64,000 nucleotides of DNA from a virus (lineage: Duplodnaviria; Caudoviricetes), in IMG/VR virus record IMGVR_UViG_2884411467_000001, positions 1-64,000 of that record; one strand, given 5' to 3'. The notes beneath the pieces are model-generated. The model was not told where the DNA came from. It saw only the letters and a list, made by a program, of their open reading frames with translations, and searched no databases. The position numbers and the translations under genes are program-made. Of the stretch, positions 45,204-54,454 are shown one piece after another; within the stretch, counting starts at the first letter, position 1; every line of letters begins with the position of its first letter.

Positions 45204-45860
45204 TCACTGCGGCTTGTTTGGAGGCCTAGCGACCGGGAGGAAGGGCTTCATGTTCTTCATTTGCCGCGGGTTGATCTTCTTATCGAAGTACTGAGTCGCA
45301 GCATTGAACTCAATGGCGCAAGCCGCAAGAAAGTCCTTCACTTCGGCGATCTTCTCCGCGACAAATTCGTCCCGAGGGTCATTAACAAGCGTCGCGAGTG
45401 CGCCAGTCTGCGCCTCGACGGCCGGGAGGGCATGGATACAGGTCGGAAGGTTGATCGTGAGATGCCGTGGCAGGTCAACAAATGCATCAGCTGGGAGGCT
45501 CTCCAGAGGGCTACGGAACTTAGGCCCATTGCGCCGAAACCAGACCGCATGGCCGCCGTCACGCAGGAACTCCCCTTTCATGCACCCGAGGCGAAGATCA
45601 GCCTCCACGAACAGGGCTTTCAGCCGGCTCAGTTCCGGCAACGCCATGGCCAGAACAACATCACCTCGCCCCCGACTCGCGCTCCTCCTCCTAACAGCGT
45701 CCGACAACGCGATGCCAAGAGCCACTACGGCCGCGGCGAATGCGCCTATGCCGGCGAACCAAGTCCCTTGCTCGACAGCGTTGAGGCCAAGCCACCAACG
45801 AACTGTCGGAGCCGAATGAGCCAGCGCTTCGACCCCTGCACACAGCGAATCCATTGCCAT
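45204..45860 (-). CDS. Antisense moron, single-TM hypothetical protein
   Basis: TM GTWFAGIGAFAAAVVALGIAL followed by a basic helix; GGAG RBS. Confidence 0.6.
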   Translation of the reverse strand: MAMDSLCAGVEALAHSAPTVRWWLGLNAVEQGTWFAGIGAFAAAVVALGIALSDAVRRRSASRGRGDVVLAMALPELSRLKALFVEADLRLGCMKGEFLRDGGHAVWFRRNGPKFRSPLESLPADAFVDLPRHLTINLPTCIHALPAVEAQTGALATLVNDPRDEFVAEKIAEVKDFLAACAIEFNAATQYFDKKINPRQMKNMKPFLPVARPPNKPQ

Positions 45861-45930
45861 GCGTGAAATCTCCATCCTGTTGAATGGCCGCATCGTACGC
45901 CTTCCGCTGCTTCAGGGAGGCGGCGGGACG

Positions 45931-46170
45931 TCAGACCTCGCGATCCACTCCAACGCCACCGCCGATCGCCGTCGCCACCGTTTGGCGAACGGACTCCTCG
46001 TTCGACAGCTCAGAGGCATCTCCGAGAACGAGGATCGAGCCACCTGGTGTGCCGGCGATGTCTCCACGGCTGTTGCGCACCTTGGCGTTCCACAGGATGC
46101 GATGGTCCGTGGGCAGATCCCAAATCGCCTCGTAGGTGTACCCGTCAAACTCACCGGTAATCCGCGCCAT
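45931..46170 (-). CDS. Antisense moron, small hypothetical protein
   Basis: MARITGEFDGYTYEAIW...; GGGGA RBS. Confidence 0.5.
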   Translation of the reverse strand: MARITGEFDGYTYEAIWDLPTDHRILWNAKVRNSRGDIAGTPGGSILVLGDASELSNEESVRQTVATAIGGGVGVDREV

Positions 46171-46885
46171 GCGTGAATCCCCCATCCTCTTCAGTGCCCC
46201 CATGGTCCGCGCCATCCTCGATGGGCGCAAGACGGTGACGCGGCGCATCGTGAAGCCGCAGCCGGACTTCGTGGTTCCGCAAGCCGATTCGAGCAAGCTG
46301 CCCGTCGTCGGCAAGTGCACGCCGGACGATGAAAAGCACGGACGCCTGGCCAAGTCGCTTTGGTGCCCGTATGGCCATGTCGGCGACCGCCTGTGGGTGC
46401 GCGAGACTCACATGCGTGTCCCTCATCCGGCAGAGTTCGGCTTTACCAAGGAAATGCTGCCTCACACGTGGGATGCCTGCTGCGAGGTTGCCGGCACGTT
46501 CCTCTATCGCGCGGACCCATGTTCTGACTTGGTCGCAGATGGGCGCCAATGGACGCCCAGCATCCACATGCCACGGGCGGCCAGCCGCATCACCCTGGAG
46601 GTGACCGGCGTGCGCGTCGAGCGGCTGCAGGCCATCACGCATGAGCAGGCCGTGGCCGAGGGCGTGCATCGCATCGACATCGGCTCGGGCTATCGGCCGC
46701 GCTACAGCGCTGCACAGACGACCTGGCAGGAAGTCGTCGAAGGTACGGCCGATGCTTACGAGGACGCACGCCTGGCGTTCCGCGACCTGTGGCAATCCAT
46801 CAACGGCCCCGGCAGCTGGGACGCCAACCCCTGGGTGTGGGCAGTCGAGTTCAAGCGCATCGAGCAAGAGAGGAAGGTGGCCTGA
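46169..46885 (+). CDS. ASCH-like phage protein
   Basis: MRESPILFSAPMVRAILDGRKTVTRR, GDRLWVRET, WTPSIHMPR.ASRI.LE and WDANPWVW motifs. Confidence 0.8.
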   Translation: MRESPILFSAPMVRAILDGRKTVTRRIVKPQPDFVVPQADSSKLPVVGKCTPDDEKHGRLAKSLWCPYGHVGDRLWVRETHMRVPHPAEFGFTKEMLPHTWDACCEVAGTFLYRADPCSDLVADGRQWTPSIHMPRAASRITLEVTGVRVERLQAITHEQAVAEGVHRIDIGSGYRPRYSAAQTTWQEVVEGTADAYEDARLAFRDLWQSINGPGSWDANPWVWAVEFKRIEQERKVA

Positions 46886-47091
46886 TGCTCCGACACGTGA
46901 CCATCAGCAAGTTTGCCAAGGAATCGGGCTACACCGAGAACGCCATCCGCATGAAGATCAAGAACGGCGTATGGTTGGAAGGTGTCGTCTGGATGAGGTC
47001 ACCCGATGGAAGGGTGTTAATCGACACAGAGGGATATGAGACATGGGTAGCCGGTCAGCAGGTGTCCGCGCTGCAACGCAGCGCAGCGTAG
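46885..47091 (+). CDS. xis: Excisionase
   Basis: VTISKFAKESGYTENAIR.KI..GVW.EG motif directly upstream of int. Confidence 0.8.
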   Translation: MLRHVTISKFAKESGYTENAIRMKIKNGVWLEGVVWMRSPDGRVLIDTEGYETWVAGQQVSALQRSAA

Positions 47092-48209
47092 AGATCGATT
47101 TTTATTACCGCGGTGCCAGGTGTCGCGAACGTCTCAAGCTGCCGCCGACTGCCGCCAACCTGAAGTTCGCGGCCAACTTGAAGGCCCAGATCGAGGCTGA
47201 GATCGCTCGGGGCGCTTTCGATTACGCGAGGTTCTTCCCCGACAGCAAGCGCGCCAGGACGCTCAGCAAGCTCCCAGGCGCAGCGCTGACCATCGAGAAG
47301 GGACTGGAGACTTGGCTCAAGGGGATGAAGAGCCAGATCGAGCACACGACCTACCGCGACTATGACCTTGCCATCCAGCGAGTATGGGTTCCGGCGTTCG
47401 GCGCCAAGCGGCTGACAGAGCTGACGCGCGGCGAGCTGAAAGAATGGGTGTCAGAACAGACCTGCGGGCTGAAGCGCATCCGCAACCTGCTGCTCCCCAT
47501 GCGCGGCATGTTCGCCCAAGCGGTGGAGGATGAGCAGATCACGGCCAATCCGTTCGTCGGCTGGACACCGCGAAAGATCGAGCCGCCCAAAGAGTCGGAC
47601 GATGTCGACCCGTTTACGCCGGCCGAGGTGGCGGCAATCCTGGAAGCCAGTGAGGGCCAGGTCCGCAACCTGTTTGAGTTCGGATTCTGGACCGGCCTGC
47701 GCACCAGCGAGCTGATCGCCCTGCGCTGGGAAGATGTCGACCTGGTCAATGGAATGGTCAGCGTGCGGCGGGCAAAGGTGCGCAAGAAGGTCAAGGCGCC
47801 CAAGACCAAGGCGGGACGGAGGACGGTTCAACTCCTGGTTCCGGCATTGAACGCCATTCAGGCGCAGCGCGCGCATTCTCAGCTCCGCGGCGAAGAGGTG
47901 TTCCTGAATCCGCGCACTGGCGAGCCATGGCTTCATGACGGGCCAATCCGCAAAACGGCATGGCACCCAGCCCTCAAACGCGCGGGCGTGCGATACCGAT
48001 ACCCCTACCAGATGCGCCACACCTTTGCCTCGACGCTGCTCAGCGCTGGCGAGAATCCCGTCTGGGTGGCGACCATGATGGGGCACAAGGATTGGGCCAT
48101 GATCATCAAGGTCTATGGACGGTGGATTCCTTCGATCGCTCCTGACGCCGGACAGAAGGTGGCGGCACTTTGGTCAACATCTGGTCAGCCCACCGCCGCT
48201 AAGCGTTGA
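47043..48209 (+). CDS. int: Tyrosine integrase (Arm/DUF3596-type N-terminus)
   Basis: IDFYYRGARCRE, TGLRTSELIAL.W, YQMRHTFAS, MMGH and YG motifs. Confidence 0.9.
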   Translation: MGSRSAGVRAATQRSVEIDFYYRGARCRERLKLPPTAANLKFAANLKAQIEAEIARGAFDYARFFPDSKRARTLSKLPGAALTIEKGLETWLKGMKSQIEHTTYRDYDLAIQRVWVPAFGAKRLTELTRGELKEWVSEQTCGLKRIRNLLLPMRGMFAQAVEDEQITANPFVGWTPRKIEPPKESDDVDPFTPAEVAAILEASEGQVRNLFEFGFWTGLRTSELIALRWEDVDLVNGMVSVRRAKVRKKVKAPKTKAGRRTVQLLVPALNAIQAQRAHSQLRGEEVFLNPRTGEPWLHDGPIRKTAWHPALKRAGVRYRYPYQMRHTFASTLLSAGENPVWVATMMGHKDWAMIIKVYGRWIPSIAPDAGQKVAALWSTSGQPTAAKR

Positions 48210-48222
48210 AAATGCTCAAAGA

Positions 48223-48252
48223 ACGCGGGTTCGACTCCCGCCACCTCCACCA
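48223..48252 (+). ncRNA. ssrA: tmRNA 3'-end fragment (att core)
   Basis: ACGCGGG-TTCGACT-CCCGC T arm followed by CACCTCC-ACCA (G3-U70-compatible acceptor, A discriminator); no 5' part upstream. Confidence 0.8.
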
Positions 48253-48296
48253 ATAGAGCATATGGATCGTGCGATATCGATCCGAATGTGAATCAG

Positions 48297-48342
48297 AAAA
48301 AGGCTCGGAAACCTAGCAATAGCGACGGTTCCGGGCCTTTTT
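48297..48342 (+). terminator. Terminator after the tmRNA fragment
   Basis: AAAAGGCTCGGAAACC...GGTTCCGGGCCTTTTT. Confidence 0.6.
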
Positions 48343-48384
48343 CATGTCCACAGGTACGCGGATGTTGGGGGATCGCGGGGAATC

Positions 48385-48406
48385 TTTAGGGATATTTTAG
48401 GGATAT
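48385..48406. repeat. Arm-type tandem repeat upstream of the P4-like integrase
   Basis: TTTAGGGATAT x2. Confidence 0.55.
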
Positions 48407-48454
48407 GGGATAGGATACCTGCCATATCCCCATCCTCCCCGTATCCCTAACTCT

Positions 48455-49717
48455 ATGCCGCGCATCGCCAAGCCCCTCACGGACTCCCAAGTCAAAGCCG
48501 CCAAGCCAGGCACCGGCAAAACGCCTCGGCGCCTCTTTGACGGTGGTGGCCTCTACTTGGAGATATCGCCGGCCGGCGCGAAATACTGGCGCCTCAAATA
48601 CCTGCTCAACGGCAAAGAGTGCCGCATGGGCCTGGGTACCTATCCGCCGGTGACGCTCGGCGAGGCGCGCACGGCAGCCGCCGATGCCCGCGCGTTGATT
48701 GCCAAAGGCACCAGCCCGGTGCAGCAGCGCAAGGCGGACCAGATCGCCGCTGCCACAGCTGCCGCAGACACCTTTGAGGTTGTCGCCCGCGAATGGCACG
48801 AAAAGATGTCCGCCACGTGGAAGCCGGCACAGGCCAAAACGGTCATGGGTCGACTGGAGCACGACCTCATCCCCTACATCGGCCGCGTGCCGGTGGCGGA
48901 GATCGGCAAGGCGCACGCGCTTGACGTGATCCGCCGGATCGCCGCGCGCGGGAAGTCGGAAACGGAACGCCGAGTGCTGAGTAACCTGCTCCAGATCTTG
49001 GCGCACGCATCCAAAACGCTGCGGATTGAGCGCGTACCCTTCGCGTCTGTCGACATCGCCATATCGCCGGTGAAAAAAACCAGCCATGCCGCGCTCACGT
49101 CGCCGGACGAAGTCGCCGCCCTCCTCCGCTCCATCCACGCCTACCAGGGGTCCGCCATCACGCGCTACGCGCTACAGCTGGCCATGCTTACGGCAGTGCG
49201 TCCTGGTGAATTGCGCCACGCGGAATGGGTGGAAATTGACCTCGACGGCGCGCGCTGGGATATCCCTGGCGCCAAGATGAAAGGCGGCACCGATCACTTG
49301 GTGCCGCTGTCTAGCCAGGCCGTGGCCGTCTTGCGCGCCGCGCGTGAGATTACGGGCGGCGGCCGTTACGTGTTCCCGAGTGCGCGCACGCCGGACGGCT
49401 CGCGCGCCATGTCCGATAACGCCGTGCTGGCAGCGCTCCGCCGCATGGACTACAGCAGCGACCAGATGAGCGGGCACGGTGTCCGTGCCATTTTCCGCAC
49501 GCTCGGCGATGAAGTGCTGGGAATGCGCGTGGAATGGCTGGAGATGCAACTCGCGCACGCGGTGAAGGATGTGCACGGCACAGCCTACAACCGCACCAAG
49601 TTTCTGCAGGAGCGCAGGGCCATGATGCAGACATGGGCGGACTATCTCGACTCGCTGCGCACTGGCACACCGATGCCGGCGGCGGAGAACGCCCACCAGC
49701 TCCGGCACAGCGCGTAG
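48455..49717 (+). CDS. int: P4-family tyrosine integrase
   Basis: LFDGGGLYL.I...G.KYWR..Y, LGTYP..TL.EAR, RPGELR.A.W, HG.RA.F.T.. and AYNR...L..RR.MMQ.WADYL motifs. Confidence 0.9.
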   Translation: MPRIAKPLTDSQVKAAKPGTGKTPRRLFDGGGLYLEISPAGAKYWRLKYLLNGKECRMGLGTYPPVTLGEARTAAADARALIAKGTSPVQQRKADQIAAATAAADTFEVVAREWHEKMSATWKPAQAKTVMGRLEHDLIPYIGRVPVAEIGKAHALDVIRRIAARGKSETERRVLSNLLQILAHASKTLRIERVPFASVDIAISPVKKTSHAALTSPDEVAALLRSIHAYQGSAITRYALQLAMLTAVRPGELRHAEWVEIDLDGARWDIPGAKMKGGTDHLVPLSSQAVAVLRAAREITGGGRYVFPSARTPDGSRAMSDNAVLAALRRMDYSSDQMSGHGVRAIFRTLGDEVLGMRVEWLEMQLAHAVKDVHGTAYNRTKFLQERRAMMQTWADYLDSLRTGTPMPAAENAHQLRHSA

Positions 49718-49891
49718 GCGACACAAGCGCCCGCAAGCAAGAACGATCACGCCTGCATCACGTGGGCTTTTTCGTGTCCGATGTACGGACCTGGTTGCGG
49801 ACGCCCGAAATGAGGCTCAACCTTTCGACTGACGGGCGCCGCCCCCACGTACGAGCCACGCCCCACTCATCACCCAGCCAACGGAGCAGCT

Positions 49892-50785
49892 GTGCAGAGC
49901 ATTGACGACCTGATCAACGCACTCAGCGACACAAGCGTCTCTCTGACTAGCTCATTGCTACGCGCCCAAGTGCTCGCTCATCAGCTGGGTGATCAAGAGC
50001 TTTTAGGCTGGGTCAAGGGCGAGCTGTCCGGGTACCGCGACGACAGCCCGCTACCGGCCTACCGCGCCCGGCGCGGGATTACGCAAGGCACTATCAGCGA
50101 TGGATTTAGAACTCTGTCGGACTGCACCCTGTCGACAGCCAAAATGGACGAACAGCAGAGAGCGTATTTTCTTTCCCCAATTAGGTCGGGTATCGGCGAG
50201 CTCGAACATCAGGCAAGGCGAGAGATAGAGGGGAAGGAATTCGCCGTGCCCGTTGACCCGGTCTGGTTTCCACTGCTGGACTACGGGTTGAACGAGGACT
50301 TTTCCGTCCAGCAGGCCTGGCTTCGTTCGCCGGCTGGATTCTTTGGCCAGATCGTGACGGAAGTGCGTAGCCGCTTGCTCGACTTCGCTCTGCAGCTCCG
50401 AGACAAGGTGCCAGCTGATGCGGCCCCGTCCACGCTGAAAGACGCGATCGCCATGCCCGACCTGCGCAACATGTTCCACAGCGCCATGGGTAACACCATC
50501 ACGTTGGTGATCAATGCCGGCAATGCCGGCGACGTCTCAACCGCCATCTTGCTGAAAAACAACCTGGCGGCCCTCAAGTCCGAGTTGTCAAAGCACGGAA
50601 TCGACAGCGACCAGCTGGAGGATTTGGGGTACGCGATCGAGGAGGACAGCGACGAACCGCAGCACGGCGACAAGAAGCTGGGCCGGTCAGTCCTCGCGTG
50701 GCTGGGGGATGTCACCAAATCGAGTCTCAAGTCCGGCACGGAGGTCGCCATCAAAGCAGCGCTTGAGCACTTCTACGGCCGATAG
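49892..50785 (+). CDS. AbiTii-domain protein (putative abortive infection)
   Basis: SLTSSLLRAQVLA..LG..EL..WV..EL.GY.....LP.YR N-terminal pattern; GTG start with GGAG. Confidence 0.65.
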   Translation: MQSIDDLINALSDTSVSLTSSLLRAQVLAHQLGDQELLGWVKGELSGYRDDSPLPAYRARRGITQGTISDGFRTLSDCTLSTAKMDEQQRAYFLSPIRSGIGELEHQARREIEGKEFAVPVDPVWFPLLDYGLNEDFSVQQAWLRSPAGFFGQIVTEVRSRLLDFALQLRDKVPADAAPSTLKDAIAMPDLRNMFHSAMGNTITLVINAGNAGDVSTAILLKNNLAALKSELSKHGIDSDQLEDLGYAIEEDSDEPQHGDKKLGRSVLAWLGDVTKSSLKSGTEVAIKAALEHFYGR

Positions 50786-50937
50786 GAGCTGGCGACATCA
50801 CAGTGGCGCGCGGCCAGAGTATCGGCCTCGTGATTCAAGCCGCCAGTCGCTCATTCTCGTAGAACGGGTGGCGCTCATCGCGCAAACTGCCACTACCTAG
50901 CGGTGACGTCGGCGGATGAGCGCACAGCTTGAGATGT

Positions 50938-51960
50938 TCAACCCGTGCCATCGGTGGGTAGTGGATCGGGGAAAGGTGGAATTCGCCCATGTGTCGACAT
51001 CGCTTGCGCGATCCTGCGTCGCTCATCGCCGAATGTCGTCTGTATCCTGTTGCCCGTTGCTGCATCGATCGCAAGAAATGGGGCGCCCGACCCATCGATG
51101 CCAATTTCAGGATATCGGCTGAGCTGATGGCTTACAGGTATCGCTACCGCGTAGATATCGAACACTCGCACCGCAACGAACACGGTTTCTGACTCGACCA
51201 ATGCAAAAGCCAGGTGATGTGCCTTGTGCGGAGTCCAGAACTTGAACACGTCACACGACGAAGCCCAGCCCACGTATCCCATCAACGAGTCCGTCGAGGA
51301 CGAATCCTCGGACAAGATCGCCGCTCTCAAATCCGCCGCTAGCGGGTCGTCCAAATAGCTCTCACCGAGCCACAAGAAGGCCAATTCATAAGCGATCTTC
51401 ATCATCGCATGGCGCAGATACTCAAATTTGATAGGGATTTCCACTTTTATAAGCGGATTCTCTACGGATGTGACTTTGAATTCGCCAGCCTTAGTTGCTA
51501 GTTCCTCCGGTGAGAGCGGCGGCAGGCCCTGCCGCTTCCGCGCACGCTGCAGGATCTTTGGAATTTGATCCTTGTCGCGCTCATCGAGCGTTATCTGTCG
51601 CGCCTTCCTACCGTCCGGCAGAACGACGTCAGTGGCGTGATAGAGCTGGCGATGATCAAGCTTGCCGGTTACCTTGTTCAGCGATGTCTTGATGCGCTTT
51701 GCCTCCGGTCCGATCAGCATTTGATCGCCGAGGAATATCTCTAACATCGAGGGCGGCTCGCCGCTATTTCCAGCAAGCATCAGTTCGGCGCGACGCACGC
51801 GCACGGGCAGGAAATCATTCAGCGCGGAATCGACACGGCTCCCGAGAATTGAATTACAGCTGGCGCAAACCCGGTCCGTGGTGACCGTGCCGCCAATGGC
51901 AAGCGGGAAGATGTGTTCCCGACTAGGTGGACGATCCTGAGAGCAAAAGATACACCGCAC
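50938..51960 (-). CDS. HNH endonuclease with large C-terminal domain
   Basis: CIFC...SREHIFP.AIGG......VC..CNS.LG..VD motif. Confidence 0.8.
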   Translation of the reverse strand: MRCIFCSQDRPPSREHIFPLAIGGTVTTDRVCASCNSILGSRVDSALNDFLPVRVRRAELMLAGNSGEPPSMLEIFLGDQMLIGPEAKRIKTSLNKVTGKLDHRQLYHATDVVLPDGRKARQITLDERDKDQIPKILQRARKRQGLPPLSPEELATKAGEFKVTSVENPLIKVEIPIKFEYLRHAMMKIAYELAFLWLGESYLDDPLAADLRAAILSEDSSSTDSLMGYVGWASSCDVFKFWTPHKAHHLAFALVESETVFVAVRVFDIYAVAIPVSHQLSRYPEIGIDGSGAPFLAIDAATGNRIQTTFGDERRRIAQAMSTHGRIPPFPDPLPTDGTG

Positions 51961-52249
51961 AGCGCCTCCCCTCGATGGACTAAACCATAATCACGATTGT
52001 TTACGCCGCTATCTCGTACTCATAGAGCGGCCGCTCTCTATCGTCCAAAATCGCCTGCATCGCGGCAAGGTTTGACGGGTCCGGCGAGTCTTAAACAACC
52101 TACTAACGCTGACCAAGGATGGACGACCTACTGCCATCAGCCATCACTGTGACTATTGCGATGGTCGCCGACGATGCAGGTGCCGCTTGTGCCGTCGCCG
52201 GATTGGTCGTTGTGCTCATGATCTTTCCATCCTTTGATGTCACCCCAGC

Positions 52250-52708
52250 CTATTCCTTCTCATCGTCCTCATCGTCCACGCTGTCATCGTATTCAAAGTG
52301 CGTGAGGTATCGACCAGGCCTCCCTTTTTTGCGCCAGTCCATCGTCAATTTTTCGATTGCCGCCTCAGCTCCTTCAAAACCCACGCCATCGGCGTCAGTG
52401 AGGTACAGCACATCGAAGACATCATGGTTGTCGAGATCGTCGATGGTGTCGTACGTGCAGATGCGCCCCTGGCTGTTGACCACATAGGTCAACAGCAGCA
52501 CATCGCCCTCCTCTTCTTTGCCCCACCGCGCGGGTCGCCGCTTCAACTCTTCGGAAATGGCATTCCTCCGATGCATCTTGGTCGGGCGCGTGCCGATTTC
52601 GACAATCAAGACTTCATGTTCCAGAAGGTCGTCGCAGATTTCGCTGTCCGTCCGTGACGGGTCTGTGTCGATCACGATTGTGCCGATGCGCATGCGTTTC
52701 TTCTCCAT
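52250..52708 (-). CDS. Hypothetical acidic protein
   Basis: Open 152-aa ORF with an acidic tail; family not recognised. Confidence 0.55.
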   Translation of the reverse strand: MEKKRMRIGTIVIDTDPSRTDSEICDDLLEHEVLIVEIGTRPTKMHRRNAISEELKRRPARWGKEEEGDVLLLTYVVNSQGRICTYDTIDDLDNHDVFDVLYLTDADGVGFEGAEAAIEKLTMDWRKKGRPGRYLTHFEYDDSVDDEDDEKE

Positions 52709-52715
52709 TGTTTGC

Positions 52716-53009
52716 TCACGTCACTTCCCGCAGTTCATTCCAGTTCGTGGTGTACCGCGGGCTCAACATGTCCCGCTGCATCGCCCACGCACGCTGCTCT
52801 TTGATGCCGCCCTCTCCAATCCCCATGGTGCCACGGCCCCACTTCTGATTCGCGTGGTCGAGCACACCCATCAGTTTTTCCCGGCGCAAATCCTGCTCGG
52901 GCGGTGCAAATCCGAACAGCGATCCCTGCACCAAGCTATGTGGGCGGGTTTCATCGAGCATCATGCCCACTTTGACGTACCGGTACCCCACCCACCAAGA
53001 CGGCTCCAT
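52716..53009 (-). pseudogene. umuC: C-terminal remnant of a UmuC-type Y-family polymerase (DUF4113 region)
   Basis: GYRYVKVGMML...LMGVLDHANQKWGRGT...WAMQRDMLSPRYTTNWNEL; the catalytic N-terminus is absent. Confidence 0.8.
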
Positions 53010-53106
53010 ACCTAGGTGCTCTGCTCATGCGCCAGGTGCATGTTGGCCGCGTCGAGCGCCGCACAGCGCTGTACGCTCATCCACGCGAACACACCGAGGG
53101 CGAGAC

Positions 53107-53454
53107 ATGAAGCCGCACACCACCAATCCGACCAGCCCAACCATCGGCATCGAGGAAGCCGCCGAGATCCTGCGCTGCGGTGTGGCAGTGGTGCGCGAGA
53201 TCATCGACACCGGCGAACTCCCCGCGCTCCAGCTGACGCAGCGGCACTGGGTGCTGCTGCGTGATGACGTAGTCGACTACATCCGCTCGAAGGCGCGCGA
53301 GCAGGCGAAGGTGCGCCAGGTGGAACACGCCAAGCGCAACGCGCCCCGGCCGCCGGTCCCGGCACCACAGCACAAGCCGGGCGAGGTGCGTCGTCGTAAG
53401 CCTCTCCCCGACCTGGACGCTTGCGACATCGCCAATGGAATCTGCACAAAGTAG
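53107..53454 (+). CDS. Excisionase-like HTH protein
   Basis: IGIEEAAEILRCG...V......GELPA motif. Confidence 0.7.
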   Translation: MKPHTTNPTSPTIGIEEAAEILRCGVAVVREIIDTGELPALQLTQRHWVLLRDDVVDYIRSKAREQAKVRQVEHAKRNAPRPPVPAPQHKPGEVRRRKPLPDLDACDIANGICTK

Positions 53455-53520
53455 AGGCGCGGCCGAAAGCGGCGCCCGTTGCCGGACCTGGACAAGTATG
53501 AGCGCCCCCCCCCCCTGCCC

Positions 53521-53548
53521 TTGACGCATGTAGCCAAATGGCTACAAT
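53521..53548 (+). promoter_or_regulatory. Sigma70 promoter with embedded palindromic operator
   Basis: TTGACG-16 nt-TACAAT overlapping TGTAGCC-AAAT-GGCTACA. Confidence 0.7.
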
Positions 53549-53779
53549 CACCCTATCGAGCAGGACTTGCTGCAGGGAATTCACGATGATCACTACCGCA
53601 CGATCCAGCTGCCGTTCGCCGCTCCCGGCAGGTCCGCACACTGCACTGGGGCGTAACTCGTGCTCAGGACCAAAGCCGCTCGATTGCCTACGTCCGTCCG
53701 TTGAAACCACTCAAGGCGGGCGTCGTCCAAAAGAATGACGAGCGCCGTGTGGTCTGTTACCACCCATGTACGCAGAGGC

Positions 53780-54043
53780 ATGATGAAAACCAACGACAAG
53801 CAAGATCTCGCCGCACAACTGTCGAAGCCGCTCGCCACCGGTGACGTTGAAAAGTTTCTAGACCTTCTCGGCCAGATCGTGAAGGCGGCCGGTGTAGCCG
53901 AGATCGCCGCCACCGCCGGCTTGAGCCGCGAAAGTCTATACAAGGTATTCAGGCCTGGCGCATCTCCCCGACACGAGACCATCGTGGCGATACTCACCGC
54001 GCTCGGCTTGAAGTTCACGGCTGAAACCATCCCCACTAAATAA
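53780..54043 (+). CDS. Addiction-module antidote (HI1420-like HTH antitoxin)
   Basis: GVAEIAATAGLSRESLYK.F.PGASPR.ETI..IL.ALG motif. Confidence 0.8.
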   Translation: MMKTNDKQDLAAQLSKPLATGDVEKFLDLLGQIVKAAGVAEIAATAGLSRESLYKVFRPGASPRHETIVAILTALGLKFTAETIPTK

Positions 54044-54140
54044 CCGCACCACCGCCGCGCGCCAGCGCGGTAAAGCGGCGACCGACCCCGCGCCAACGGG
54101 GGCGGCCGCCTAACCACAACCGACTGAATTGGAGTCAATC

Positions 54141-54413
54141 ATGGCTAACACCGGATTCTATTTGCTTGCGCAAGCCGCTGCACTGGCCGCTGCGGCTTAC
54201 ATTGGCGCGCGGAACACCAGCGCCATAAACCAGTATTTCCGTGCCCAGGACGAAAGCCACTTGTATCCCTTCTGCGGCCGTTTCAATGCAACAGAGCGCG
54301 CTATCCGCAAGGTGCGCCGCGAGTTCGCCGAGTGTGGGATGAGCTGCGAGGGTCTGGAGTACGCGAACGCCATTGAAGCGACGCTCACCCACCTCACCGC
54401 CGAGTATTCGTAA
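54141..54413 (+). CDS. Hypothetical protein
   Basis: GGAG RBS, clean ORF. Confidence 0.55.
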   Translation: MANTGFYLLAQAAALAAAAYIGARNTSAINQYFRAQDESHLYPFCGRFNATERAIRKVRREFAECGMSCEGLEYANAIEATLTHLTAEYS

Positions 54414-54454
54414 CGCCAACCAGTCCATCGGCACTGATGAGGATGCGAGTTCTG

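Larger units (their letters stand above)
635..48222. mobile_element. Temperate prophage (lambda-like head, Mu-like contractile tail, lambdoid regulation, DGR)
   Basis: Complete module set from tail fibre to integrase with no obvious frameshift in core genes; left boundary uncertain. Confidence 0.9.

Noticed and set aside
48150-48252. Intact tmRNA gene
   Set aside because: Only the last about 30 nt match; upstream is integrase coding sequence, with no tag reading frame or 5' GGGGGTG end.
53538-53738. ORF-track 66-aa ORF as the TA toxin
   Set aside because: No RelE/ParE/HigB-like residues; it starts inside the promoter and has no RBS.
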